In this document: positions 16,917 through 31,615 of the stretch, in pieces
Numbering within the stretch: the first letter of the stretch is position 1
How the letters are laid out: every line of letters begins with the position of its first letter
Source of the DNA: Eledone cirrhosa
Lineage: Eukaryota
Assembly (NCBI GenBank): GCA_964016885.1
Contig: CAXHJY010000824.1
Location: 1-45,617 of the forward strand
DNA: 45,617 bases
Reading direction: 5' to 3'
Program-made: the position numbers and the translations under genes
The notes under the pieces: model-generated
What the model was told of the DNA's origin: nothing
Seen by the model: the letters and a program-made list of their open reading frames with translations, nothing else
Databases searched by the model: none

Positions 16917-17195
16917 GAAGATTATATAGGACAAACTAAACTCACACTCAGAAATAGAATGACAGTTCATCGCCAACAATTACGAGATCCAACCACGAGA
17001 CAGATGCCATTAAGCGCACATCTAGACATTTGCGCAAGTAATAAGACACCCAAATTCCAAGTCTTCCCATTTTACCTTTGCGCTGACAATACAACAGAAC
17101 AAATACGAATAAATAAAAAAAATAAGTTTATTCAAAAATATAGAGCAGCATTAAATATGCTAACCATCCAAACAGACACATACACACACACATAA
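16917..17195 (+). pseudogene. GIY-YIG endonuclease C-terminal fragment of a 5'-truncated Penelope-like retroelement
   Basis: [40 protein letters not shown]...FQVFPFY...[18 protein letters not shown] shows the YIGxT, R..H and terminal LN motifs of PLE GIY-YIG domains. It starts abruptly out of (TA)n, and the catalytic Glu position appears substituted. Confidence 0.85.
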
Positions 17196-17699
17196 CACCT
17201 ACTTTAGAAAATAAAAACCCGAACTAAATAAACCTTAACAGAAAAATACGAATAAGTAAGGAAAATATGTTCATTCAAAAATATTCCTACTAACGGAATC
17301 ATTTTCCTACACACACACACACACACACACAAAATATATATTCTCTTCATCTTAACATGCTAACCATACTCCCACACACACATAACACCCATACACAACC
17401 CCCTCCCCCCACACACACAACTCCCTCCCCCATTTCTACTAATAGAATCACTTTCCTACACACACACACACACACAAAATATATATAATCTCTCCATCTT
17501 AACATACACACACATCGTCTTATACACACGCACAAATAAACATACATATGTCTACTTCTTTATTTCAATAGAAAATCTGAACTCTGACACCCCAGCGAAC
17601 TAGCCATATTCACTGAACCAGAACAATTCTCCCATCCCATTTCTCTTGACCATTCTTTTGGTTATCATAAAATTCTCTAAAAGGCTACAAAATAAATTC

Positions 17700-17990
17700 C
17701 CAAATACGGGCGCGAATTTATTGAACTTGTTCACGTGACAACCATAATTTCATTTATAACCAATCAAATTACATTTTCGTGAGCCCCTTTTTTAAGTAAA
17801 GAGAAATTCAAACACTCATATATGAAAAAATAACCTGAGCCGCCCCCCCCCTTCTTTGAAGAACATTGTAACGTGAACTGGCGCGAAATCTATTATACTT
17901 ATTGACCAACCAATCAAATTACTTCTCTAAAAACCTGGCGTTTCGAGCCACTTTTTTCCATATAAAACAAGTAACATTCAAAGACCAACC
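17700..17990 (+). promoter_or_regulatory. Promoter-like motif cluster downstream of the GIY-YIG fragment (putative pLTR promoter)
   Basis: GGCGCGAA at 17709 and 17880, CCAATCAAATTAC at 17760 and 17910, TTCAAA/TTTGAA at 17807, 17855 and 17977, and TATAAAA at 17961. Confidence 0.4.
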
Positions 17991-18087
17991 AGATGTGAAG
18001 AAAACCACAGACCCTCCATCTCAAATCTACTTTTGAAAAGCAGAAGAACTGCGAATTCACTTGCATTATCGATTTCATCTTTTTTTC

Positions 18088-18123
<36 letters not shown>

Positions 18124-18151
18124 GAAAAAATATATATACATATATATATAC

Positions 18152-18191
<40 letters not shown>

Positions 18192-18396
18192 GTATATACA
18201 TATATATATATATGTGGGTGTATATATATATATATATATGTATATACATATATATATATATGTATATACATATATATATATATATATGTATATACATATA
18301 TATATATATGTGGGTGTATATATATATATATATATACGTATACATATATATACATATTTACATACATAAATATATGTATACACACACAGATATATA

Positions 18397-18429
<33 letters not shown>

Positions 18430-19360
18430 TCAGACAATTATATTTACAAATGTGCACATAAACATATATAGACCTATATATATATACATGTACGAGCAAA
18501 CAGCAGCACACATATTCTTTCTTCCCATATAGTGTGATTTACAAACATGAGAAGTCATATACTTTCAGTTATATATGCAACTAATTTGTAATCACATGCA
18601 TATAATAAAATGTTCTTGAATATGAGACACAACATTTTGGGTTATGGCTGCCAGGCGGCCAAAATCTCATATATTCCAGAATATAAATTAGCGGGGATGT
18701 ATATGCGATTTTAACAAGATAAATACAAGAGGAAAAGAGTTATGGTAAATATAGTACATTGTTTAATACCATTTACTACACGAATGTCTCCCAGCATGTT
18801 CAAACTGATATTGATCGAAGATCGATTTCATCATTGATTTTGACGATTAGTGTACCAACTTTCCGATCAACATACACGCGCTCATGATGGAGGGGGTCTG
18901 TGTTTGTGTGTATATAATTATGTCTCTATACATGTGTGTTTTATATATGGATTTCTGTAAACGGGAGCGGTCGCTTGCCTCACTACAAAATGGAAGACTG
19001 TTATGGTAGCATTTCTTACTGTGTTGGTAAATTTTTCCGATAAAATGCAATAGTAACCTATCCACACTAAAACGTCTAGTCTCTTCCTTAAATATCTAAA
19101 CATGAAAACAGGTTGTCTTTGGTGTTTTAACGGACCTAATAGGATTAGTGTGGTTAATCCTGATACCACGACGCTTAAGTGTTGGCATACACACACATAT
19201 ACACACATATACACACATACACACACATATACACTGAACCATACATATACACCCATGACAAAATAATATTTATACAGTAAATTCTAAGGACGTCTAATCA
19301 GCATGGTTTGTACCCGCCAGACAAGATTAAATAGCTTTATATATACATCCATCCATCAAC

Positions 19361-19438
<78 letters not shown>

Positions 19439-19525
19439 ATGAGGGGGGGGGGGGTACGTAAAGAAAGAAAAAGTCAGAGGAAGAGAAAAAGAAAAAGCGA
19501 TAGATACACACACATATCTATGTTT

Positions 19526-19565
<40 letters not shown>

Positions 19566-19826
19566 ATGTATGTGTGTAAGAGTGTGTGTGTGTGTATATG
19601 TGTGTATGTATGTGTGCGTGTGTGCGTGTGTATACATATGCGTCTTTAAAAAATAGGTTTCTAAATACTTTACATAAAGTTATGCTCACATAATTGTTTG
19701 ACTCGCTTGTTCAACTTAACACACTCCCCTTCTCACTGTGTGTGTGTATATTTATATGTGTGTATATATATATGTGTGTATATATATATCTATATCTATA
19801 TATATCTACATCTATATATATATCTA

Positions 19827-19859
<33 letters not shown>

Positions 19860-20243
19860 GGCAAGGAACAAAACAAAACGAAGGAGTGCAGTACGAACAG
19901 TGTCGGTATTAGGTTCACGCCTGAGTGTGGGACATATATATATATATGTGTGTGTATGTATGTATATGTATATATATATATATATGTGCGTGTGTGTGTG
20001 TGTGTCTCACCTTTTTTCCGTCTCTCAACCTGCTTTTACTCAATGTTTGTATTTGTGTTCGTCTTTATGATTACACTTCAGAAAATTGTGTCAAAGAAAA
20101 TTTGTCTTATTTGACCACAACTTACTTCTGACTGATATGTTTGTTTACTTGAGTTTCTTTACTCTTTGCTCACGTCCTTGTGCAACGTTGTATGTGTGTG
20201 TATGTACACAAACACACACATACACACACACACACACACACAA

Positions 20244-20475
<232 letters not shown>

Positions 20476-20909
20476 GTATGTATACGTGTATGTGTTGGTT
20501 TCTTTTCTTTGTTCTCAGCCTGTTATCAGGTTTCGTAACATGGTTCTCTATCAATTATGAAAATTTCATATTCCTTTCTCTGTCTAATATATTATATACA
20601 ACAATTTCTGACATATACAGTTTCACAACTCATTAACAACTTTATATTTACCAGCCCCCAAGTAGCGGTCTTCTACCTGGTACGCTCCAGGTTTTATATA
20701 TATATATATATATATAGTAGCTTAATCTTACTCTAATCACAACCTACCATCTTGAAGTTTAAAATGAGACATAGAGACATAGGTTTCTATGCAAGTATAC
20801 ATTGTATGTGTGCATGTTTGTGTACACATATGTATTTGTGTACGTATGTATGTATGTATGTATGTATGTATGTATGTATGTATGTATGTATGTATGTATG
20901 TATGTATGT

Positions 20910-21147
20910 TTTTAGTCCTGCAGGATGTCCAAAGTCACCCTCCTCACCAAGAAACCTTGGTGGGGTTGCCAGTTTAGTCGCCAACGACCCGACCATGAGA
21001 CAATAATTGTCACAAGTGTAGTGTTTGTACCAGAGTTTTCAAGTCGCTGGCTGGACTAAAAAGTCACACTCGTTCAGCGCATCGGGAGGGGTTCTCCTAC
21101 ATGGATATAATGTAGTGGCCGTACTCGAAAACGAGTTGGCAGCCACC
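20910..21147 (-). mobile_element. Family E element, ~240 bp, with (ACAT)n tail
   Basis: Shares 21001-21147 with 15177-15320; bounded by TATG repeats on both sides. Confidence 0.65.
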
Positions 21148-21149
21148 AT

Positions 21150-21551
21150 GTATGTATGTTATCTCTTTCTCTTAATTTCGAGTATATTTTTGACCGGCCA
21201 TCTTCCTGGTGGCAAGGTTGTAAAAGAAAAGAAAATGTCATCCCTTGAATCGCAAGAATGTTTTGCAAATTTTGAAGGTGCCAGCTATCGCAGCCATTTG
21301 TAGACTATGAATTAGGGAGCTTCGCTCTTTGTCCGCAAATCCATGTTCAGTTATACATTGGTCCAAGCGGGTTGGTATATAACCCGTAACTCCAATAATT
21401 GTTTCTACTTTTGGCACAAGACCAGCAATTACCAGTACATTACTGGTACTTTATTTTATCGACCCCGTAAGGATGAAAGGCAAAGTTAACCTCGGTAGGA
21501 TTTGGCTCCAATAATGATGGGTAAGAAGCTAAAGATGTATCTTGGATACTG
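21150..21551 (-). mobile_element. 3' end of a restriction-like-endonuclease (R4/Dong-like) non-LTR retrotransposon, interrupted by a SINE
   Basis: After removing the SINE and one TSD, the minus strand reads QYPRYIFSFLPIIIGVTGYIPTRLDQCITEHGFADKERSSLIHSLQMAAIAGTFKICKTFLRFKG* (stop 21238-21240). PIIIG..G.IP...LQ...I.GT.KI matches RLE-clade C-termini. A short 3' UTR runs into ACAT repeats. Confidence 0.75.
21400..21505 (-). mobile_element. 5'-truncated tRNA-SINE (family S1) with 10-bp TSD
   Basis: S1 body; CTCCAATAAT is duplicated at 21390-21399 and 21506-21515. Confidence 0.85.
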
Positions 21552-21841
21552 TATGTATGTATGTATATATGTATTTATGTATACATGTATATATGTATTT
21601 ATGTATATATGTATGTATATATTTGTGTATGTATGTATATATGTACTTATATATATATGTATATATATATGTATATGTAGATATGTATGTACATATAAAA
21701 AATACAAATCAAGAAACAGAATATCCAGATGCTTACTAATATATCAATGTGTATGGAAACGTAACACGTACAGAAAGCTATATTATTAGGACACACACAC
21801 ACACATATATATATGCATATATATATATATACATATACACG

Positions 21842-21872
<31 letters not shown>

Positions 21873-21906
21873 GCATATATATATATACATATACACGCAC
21901 ACACAT

Positions 21907-21983
<77 letters not shown>

Positions 21984-22044
21984 TATATATATATACATGT
22001 ATATGCATACATATACATATACATATATATGTATATATATATAT

Positions 22045-22165
22045 GGTGGGGCGCGTGGTTGAGTGATTAGAGATTTGGAGTCGCAATCGTGAGGTTGTGA
22101 GTTCGATTCCCAGACCAGGCGATTCGTTATGTCCTTGAGCAAGACACTTTATTTCACGTTGCTCC
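22045..22165 (+). mobile_element. tRNA-derived CORE-type SINE (5' part)
   Basis: A box-like TGGTTGAGTGA, B box GAGTTCGATTCC and CORE-like TGTCCTTGAGCAAGACACTTTATTTCACGTTGCTCC. Confidence 0.7.
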
Positions 22166-22299
22166 TTCTACCTGGAGTTGCGACCGATAGAGAATATTAG
22201 CAATTAGAAAGACCAATGGAAACAACGTTTCCTCGGTCCGATTTGACAAAACAAAAAGTCGATCGACTGTCGATACATATATATATATATATATACATA

Positions 22300-22343
<44 letters not shown>

Positions 22344-22399
22344 TATGTATATGTATATATGTATATATATATAAACATACATATATATTTATGTATCTA

Positions 22400-22445
<46 letters not shown>

Positions 22446-22480
22446 ATATATATAAACATATATATATATTTATGTATGTA

Positions 22481-22519
<39 letters not shown>

Positions 22520-22603
22520 TATGTATATATGTATATATATATAAACATATATATATATGTATGTATGTAATTTATATGTATATATATATATAAATATATA
22601 CTC

Positions 22604-22641
<38 letters not shown>

Positions 22642-22775
22642 ATATATATATGTATGTATGTAATTTATATGTATATATATATATATACATATATATGTAT
22701 ATATGTATATATATAAACATATATATATATGTATGTATGTAATTTATATGTATATATATATATAAATATATACTC

Positions 22776-22825
<50 letters not shown>

Positions 22826-22941
22826 ATATATATATGTATGTATTTAATTTATATATATATATATATATAAATATATACTCATATATATATATATAGATAT
22901 ATAGATAGATATATATGCACCAAAAACCAACACACACACAC

Positions 22942-22978
<37 letters not shown>

Positions 22979-23932
22979 TATATATGCACCAAAACACCAA
23001 CACACACACTCACACATGTGTGTATATATATATATATATATATATGCACCAAAATATATAGTTTTCTACGTGTAATGTGGGCATATACATTCATCTTGAC
23101 ATATTACAACGCGTTTGAATATTCTCTGTTACTTGTGTTTTGTTTTTTCATTTTATATTTCAGGAATCTATCCATTTTCAATTATTTTCTAAGATAGATG
23201 GCAACACATGCATAGAAACAAGAATCCGATACAGATATGTTTTATTTTGTGATTTTGTTAGTTTTGAAATGAACTTTAATTTCCAACGGCTTTATATTCA
23301 CTACATCATATTCTAAGAACATTCCTAGCCGACTAATAATTTCAAGAATATCTGAAAAATAAGACGAATGGTAGACTTTGCTCATCACATTTTTCGAAAC
23401 GAAATGAGATAGAAATTTTTAATAAGGATTCTTTCTTTCTTATAAGTCTGCGTTACGTAGAAGTTATATCTATTGCAACAGGCGATGAGAAATGCTGGCG
23501 TCTTGGTTGTTCATTTTTCTTGTTTTCTTTTTAAAATCTTTCTATTTATCTTATGTTTTTATGTGGCGTGTCTATGGATTTCTGTATGCAATATGCAAAT
23601 TGAGTAATTGTTGAAATGATTATACATATATGCATGTGCGGCGTGCTCGTGTGTACTTTTGCAAGTGTGTTGTTAAAGTATGTGCTTCAATGTATCTATG
23701 TATGTATGTATATGAATATGCATTTGTTTCTGTACGTCTGAAATTCGTGCTTTCAGTATCGACAGGCTTCAGAATTTAGGTAGATCACTTCCCATTGATG
23801 AGATCCATTGTTTGGTTCCACTATGTGATAGTTTGTCTAAACAAGGGTCTTCTATTATAGCATATTTTCTCCTTTCATCCTTACGATAAAATAGATTATA
23901 TTTATTTATGCATAGTACATATATTATCTATT

Positions 23933-24118
23933 GTGGATTAGCCGTATCGGTAGAGAGTCGGACGCGATACTTTCCAGCATAGAGTTACGGCCCTTGCTAT
24001 TCTGAGTTCAAAACCCGCCGAGGTTAACTTTGCTTTTCACCCTTACGGGGTCGATAAAATAAAATACCAGTAATGTACTGGAATTTGCTGGCCTTGTGCC
24101 AAAAGTAGAAACAATTAT
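23933..24118 (+). mobile_element. tRNA-derived SINE family S1
   Basis: A/B box-like head, central GC(C/T)TTTCA(T/C)CCTTACGGGGTCGATAAAATAAA.TACCAG, and tail TGCTGGCCTTGTGCCAAAAGTAGAAACAATTA. Confidence 0.85.
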
Positions 24119-24959
24119 TTATTCTACATTATTTACAATCTGCGTGCAGGTAGGTCTCTTTTAAAATAGGGTTTGGGTTCGTTGAGGGTATTACCTGGCC
24201 GTGAAGGGGCTGTGGCGCAAAACGTGTGAGAACCTCGGACTTAGACACTGGGGTAGGGTGGAAGTAATACACCTGGTGGGGGTTGAATAGATTTGTTGTT
24301 CTACTTACCTTTTGTTTACTCAGTCATTTACTAATGCTTTTTTTAGTTTTTCATTTGCCAATTATATTATATTTTATTTTGTTCTACTTTTCTTCGCCGA
24401 TTAAATGAAAGAAAGCACTTAAACCATAATTTCATCAAAGATTTCCTTAACGTTAAAGGAATCAAGCAACACATTTAACTCAATTGACATATCTTCACCC
24501 ACGCTCACGATATACGTACATCCATCCACAATTTAAACATTAAACGATGTCGCATACACGACTATATATACACACGCCTACACTTATACATACATATATA
24601 CATACACATATATATGTATGTGTGCATATATATATATATGTGTGTATGTGTATATATATATATATATATATGTTTATATATGTTAATATATATATATATA
24701 CATACACACACACATATGTACATATCTGGGTGGATAAAAAAAGTCTTATAAAGAGGTAAAACGAGAAATATTTCATACATAATTCCAGGAATGTATGTTG
24801 AAATAATAAGGGTGTATGTGAAGATATATACGATATGTTTATGTATAATAGACATACAAAAGTCTCGCTATGAATGTTGTAAGTTATGATCATATCACAA
24901 TTATCTCAGTGGACGTGTTATAACGTTACAGATGTTTTTTATTTATTTTTTATTTTAAT

Positions 24960-25058
24960 CCGTCGATAAATGAAGTACCAGTTATGCACTGGGATAGATT
25001 TAATCGACTTTCCCCTCCCCAAAATTGCTGGCCTTGTGCTTAAACCAGAAATCATTAT
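24960..25058 (+). mobile_element. S1-related SINE 3' fragment (subfamily with extra internal segment)
   Basis: GTCGATAAATGAAGTACCAG...AATTGCTGGCCTTGTGC. Confidence 0.7.
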
Positions 25059-26312
25059 TTTTATTGTTGTTGTTGTTATTATTATTATGTTGACGGCGAA
25101 GATGATGACAAATAATACATATTAGTCCTCTAACTATAACCACATAAAACAATTACGATACACACATAAACCTGCACACACACACACACACACACAGACA
25201 CACGTGCAAATATACAAAGTAACAACAACAACAACAACAACAGTATCGGCAACCACGGGAAATCCCTCACCACAAATAAAACCAACATCCATAGCGATAA
25301 AAAAAAACTACGGTTAATTACCCCAACACACACACTAATACAAACACACGTGAAAATACACGCACAAACTTTACACACATTTACACTCATCTCTACACAC
25401 AAATACACACATATATATGCACACACAGCTACACATACATACACAAACAATAACAAAGACACAACACCTATAACGATAAAAACCCCCACAGTATTCACCC
25501 CAAACACACACACACAAACACTCACAAATATACACACACACAACTAGACAAACATACACACACACATACACACAACTACACAAACACACACACACAACTA
25601 CACAAACATGCACACACAACTACACAAACATACACACAGAATAACCGAAATACATACACAAACAAATAAACAAACATACACACAGAATAAATAAAATACA
25701 CACACACACCTACACAAACCTAAACACAGAATAACCAAAATACATACACACAGTTACACACACATACACACACAATAACCAAACCACAACACCTTTAACA
25801 TGAATAACATCAACAAGACTTCGCTAACAATGAGCAATATCCCGTAAAACGTAATGCTACGACAAATGGCGGAAATGCTCTTTATTGGAAAGCACTCTTG
25901 TTTGACAACTTCTCCCATACCAAACCCCCTTTTTACTGTTATGTTGAATGCTCCCTTAATACCTGGCGAAAGGGTCATAACCGACAGTGTTTTTTCTTTA
26001 TTTGTTCTTTTTTTGTTTAGTATTTTTCCCCTCACTTTGTCACCTTTTGTACTTACAATTGCAAAGCAGCTGAGAATCAGAATAAAGCGACAATAAAATA
26101 ATAAATCGGTAAATAGTAATAACAGTAAAATGTATATTACATATTAAAAAAAAATACACACCTGATCAATCGGCTGCCTGAGTTTTGGTTGATCTTTTTG
26201 TCCTAAAAAAAAAAGAAGTTTAACGTTTTATTTTATGAACAAGGAACTTTAAGAAAAACAATATTAAAAATTCAAATTAATTTAGAATACAATTTCTATC
26301 TCTCTCTCTCTC

Positions 26313-26354
<42 letters not shown>

Positions 26355-26433
26355 GGAAAATTTGAACAGGAACAAAACAGAGAGGCAGTACAACGAATGT
26401 TTATTAATTTCACGCTCTGGAGAGTGGGGTGGT

Positions 26434-26485
<52 letters not shown>

Positions 26486-26512
26486 GAAACTGAACAACAC
26501 AAAATATAACTA

Positions 26513-26580
26513 CTCCATTACCAAAGGTTTCTGGATCACAGACGATTATAATATACGTCTGGATCGGTCGTCAAATAGAG
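26513..26580 (-). ncRNA. Type I hammerhead ribozyme motif (C3U variant)
   Basis: Minus strand CTCTAT-TTGACGA-CC-GATC-CAGACG(loop)CGTCTG-T-GATC-CA-GAAA-CC(TTT)GG-TA-ATGGAG. Stem I is 6 bp (one GU), stem II is extended, stem III is CC/GG, and the site is GUA. Confidence 0.6.
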
Positions 26581-26794
26581 ATGTATATATATAAGATTTC
26601 TTTTGAATGAAACGGTTCTAGCCCTGTAGATGCTATTTCTATATTAAACATGATGTTTGCACTCTCCTAATGTATTGAATACCTTACTTACTGTGGTTAC
26701 CCCCGTTTGAACCTCAGACTTATATATATAATACAGACATACACCCGATCACACACACATTCTCTTTCTCTCTCTCTCTCTTTCTCTCCCTCTC

Positions 26795-26879
26795 TCACTC
26801 ATTCTCTCTCACTCACTCACTCACTCACTCACTCACTCACTCACTCACTCACTCACTCACTCACTCACTCACTCACTCA
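26795..26879. repeat. (CTCA)n microsatellite
   Basis: Direct reading. Confidence 0.9.
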
Positions 26880-26993
26880 TATATATATATGTACATACAC
26901 AGTTACATAAATACAACACCAACGACAGTGAAAAATATTCCTTACACTCATATTGTAAAACAATACAAAACTTACACACGAAAATATAAAGAG

Positions 26994-27800
<807 letters not shown>

Positions 27801-28070
27801 GTATATCTGTGTATTTCCGTTATTATTGTAGCACTGATTTCTCTTGTAATTCCTTAATCAAGCATAAAAACCCGACGCAAATGATTTAGAGAGATTTGTT
27901 GTGAATCTTATCCTAAAGGCAACAGCTTTGCTCACAATTCACTAACGGAATAATAGACCTTTATGTTGCAATAATACACCAAAAATCCCCATTTTTCTGT
28001 TATCTCTCTATTTCTCGTAGACAACTTTTGATATCTATAACACACAAAAAACACACAGCCACACAGACGC

Positions 28071-28110
<40 letters not shown>

Positions 28111-28151
28111 CTCTCACTCTTTCTCTCTCTCTCTCTCTCTCTTTATATATT

Positions 28152-28193
<42 letters not shown>

Positions 28194-28262
28194 TACAAGA
28201 AACGAAGTAAGCTGTGTGGTTACTGTAAACAAAGTTTAAGAGATGTTAATAAAGACGAAACA

Positions 28263-28295
<33 letters not shown>

Positions 28296-28320
28296 ACGGG
28301 GAAGAGAGAGAGATAAATAG

Positions 28321-28351
<31 letters not shown>

Positions 28352-28982
28352 AGGGGGAAGAGAGAGAGATAAATATATATATATATAGAGAGAGAGAGAG
28401 AAGGGGGAAGAGAGAGAGAGATAAATAGATAGATAGATAGATACAGTGAGAAGCGATCATTCACACACACATATACACACCATTTTATATATTTTCTTAA
28501 GCCTTTTTGAGCTATACAGAACATCGGTCCGTCCACCCACGCCACGATTTTAAAAAATGATTTTTTGTGGGGACAGCTTTTATAATTATGCTTTATCCGA
28601 AAGGTTACTTGCACCTAACTAAACCCTTCTCTATTTCTTAGAAGAGGTGGATATTGTGAAGGATTTCCCAAAATAATTTTATAGCCCAGAATCTATGATT
28701 CAGACAGTGTGCTGGGAAGAAGAGAACGAATGGATAAAGAATGAACCTGAATACTTTACTGGTACTTTCGGGTCCCAAAATAATAGTGGGGTTGGCCTGG
28801 AATAGGTGGGGGAGTTGGATTAAGTGGGGGTTTGGAGAATCGGTAATTTATATATCTTAGTAAGACAGCTTCATCATGAGAGACATAAGGTCGTATTTGT
28901 CTAATAGAGATTTAATTTGCTATATTTATATGAATGTATGTATGTCTGTATGAATGTATATATGTATATATGCACGTATATG

Positions 28983-29744
28983 TAGGGAAGACATTAGAGG
29001 GTCGGACACCATGCTTTGTAGCATAGAGTTACGTCTCGTTACAGTCTGAGTTCAAATCCCGCCGAGGTTAACTTTGCCTTTCATCCTTACGGGGTCGATA
29101 AAATAAAGTACCAGTAATACATCGGGATAATTGCTGGCCTTGTGCCTAAAGTAGAAACAATTATATTGTATGATAGGAAGATTCGGTGGAACGTCAGACA
29201 TCATGCTTTGCAAGCATAGAGTGATGGCCCTTGCCATTCTGTGTTCAAATCCCGCCGAGGTTAACTTTGCCTTTCATCCTTACGGGCTCGATAAAATGAA
29301 GTACCAGTAATACACTGGGATAATTGCTGGCCTTGTGCCAAAAGTAGAAACAATTATATTGTATGATAGGAAGATTCGGTGGAACGTCAGACATCATGCT
29401 TTGCAAGCATAGAGTTACGGCCCTTGCCATTCTGTGTTCAAATCCCGCCGAGGTTAACTTTGCCTTTCATCCTTACGGGGTCGATAAAATAAAGTACCAG
29501 TAATACACTGGGATAATTGCTGGCCTTGTGCCAAAAGTAGAAACAATTATATTGTATGATAGGAAGATTCGGTGGAACGTCAGACATCATGCTTTGCAAG
29601 CATAGAGTTACGGCCCTTGCCATTCTGTGTTCAAATCCCGCCGAGGTTAACTTTGCCTTTTATCCTTACGGGGGCCGATAAAATAAAGTACCAGTAATAC
29701 ACCGGGATAATTGCTGGCCTTGTGCCAAAAGTAGAAACAATTAT
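28983..29744 (+). repeat. Tandem array of four S1 SINE copies, 193-bp period
   Basis: TTCAAATCCCGCCGAGG recurs every 193 bp (29051, 29244, 29437, 29630) with an identical linker ATTGTATGATAGGAAGATTCGGTGGAACGTCAGAC. Confidence 0.95.
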
Positions 29745-29880
29745 ATATCAAATATCTTATAGTGAAAATACAACCATGATCGTTAAGTACTTTTCGTATT
29801 TCCTTTAAAGTTCTTTTTGGTTAGTTTTGGAAAAGTAGTTTCTTCAATCCACGTCTGTATTAAACTTTCGAAGACTTCAG

Positions 29881-29962
29881 GCAGCCATTTTAAGAATGAA
29901 CATGGTCGTGCTAACGGCGTATTGGTCACGTGCATAACAATAGACATGATGTACTATTGGAA
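29881..29962 (-). promoter_or_regulatory. Possible Pol II promoter motif cluster
   Basis: YY1-like GCCATTTT 29884-29891, ATTGG at 29921 and 29956, and E-box GTCACGTG 29925-29932. Confidence 0.3.
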
Positions 29963-30170
29963 TGATAGGGGATCGTGAACATCTTATTTCAAATTTCTCA
30001 AGGGCGGAATTATGCAAGTTATGACACACAAACACACAGACACATTCAAACATTCACACACACACACACATATATATATGTATATATATATATACACATA
30101 CACAAAGAGAGAGAGGGGGGGGGATAGAAAGAGACGAAGGGCTAGAAAAATATTTATACGTACATACATA

Positions 30171-30288
<118 letters not shown>

Positions 30289-30324
30289 TATATATATATA
30301 TATATATATAAATATATATAGTTA

Positions 30325-30362
<38 letters not shown>

Positions 30363-31074
30363 TATATATATATAGTTATATATATATATAGTTATATAGT
30401 TATATATATATATAGTTATATATATATATAGTTATATAACTATATATATATAGTTATATATATATATATATACATACATACGTACATGCATGACTGTTTG
30501 CGTCTAACTGTATATATGTGTATATGTATATGTATATGTATATGTATGTATATATATGTATGTATATGTATGTATATATTTCTGCGTGTGTATATTATAT
30601 ATATATATATATATATATTCATATTTGTCTGCTGATAATAAAATGCGGGAAATATTACAAAAATCTCAAGCAATACATATTATGAATAGTAGATAATACA
30701 GAATGTTTATCAGAAAATTCTTTGAGGAGCAAGCAGCTGTTTTGAAGCTAATATTTACGACTTCTCCATGGAAGCAAGATATATCTATTTCGGAGAACAC
30801 TTGTGACATTCGTTTCATTATTCTATAACAGCAGTATCAGTTATGGCTGCCAAAATCTTTGCACTTATATATGTGGTTATCTCTATGTCTTTCGAATTTT
30901 GCTTCTGTTTCTGTTTTTTTTTTTTTTTGTATTTTTAGGGCTTTTTTTTTTTGGTGTTTGTTTTGTAAAAGTTTATGTGTTTCGCTTTATGATAGCATCT
31001 CTATATTTCTTTCTATCTATTTCTCTTCCCGTATCTATCCATCTATCTATTTATCTCGCTTTATCTCTCTCTCT

Positions 31075-31105
31075 ATATATATATGCATATATATTATATA
31101 TATAC

Positions 31106-31153
<48 letters not shown>

Positions 31154-31181
31154 ATTTACATAAATATATATATATATTTAC

Positions 31182-31216
<35 letters not shown>

Positions 31217-31235
31217 AATATATATATATATATAC

Positions 31236-31278
<43 letters not shown>

Positions 31279-31463
31279 AATATATATAGATATATTACAT
31301 AAATATATATATATATATATATATAGATGTATATATATATATAGATGTATATATATATATAGATGTATATATATATAGATGTATATATATATAGATGTAT
31401 ATATATATAGATGTATATATATATATAGATGTATATATATATAGATGTATATATATATAGATG

Positions 31464-31495
<32 letters not shown>

Positions 31496-31581
31496 GATGT
31501 ATATATATATATATAGATGTATATATATATATAGATGTATATATATATATAGATGTATATATATATATATATATTACATAA

Positions 31582-31615
<34 letters not shown>

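Noticed and set aside
22045-22115. Possible tRNA gene (also 14504-14550 and the S1 heads)
   Set aside because: A/B boxes run into SINE body sequence, with no complete cloverleaf or poly-T terminator.
24301-24312. Strong minus-strand splice donor (also near 37470 and 38655)
   Set aside because: I could not define a coding exon or acceptor; such motifs are expected by chance, and RNA-seq is needed.
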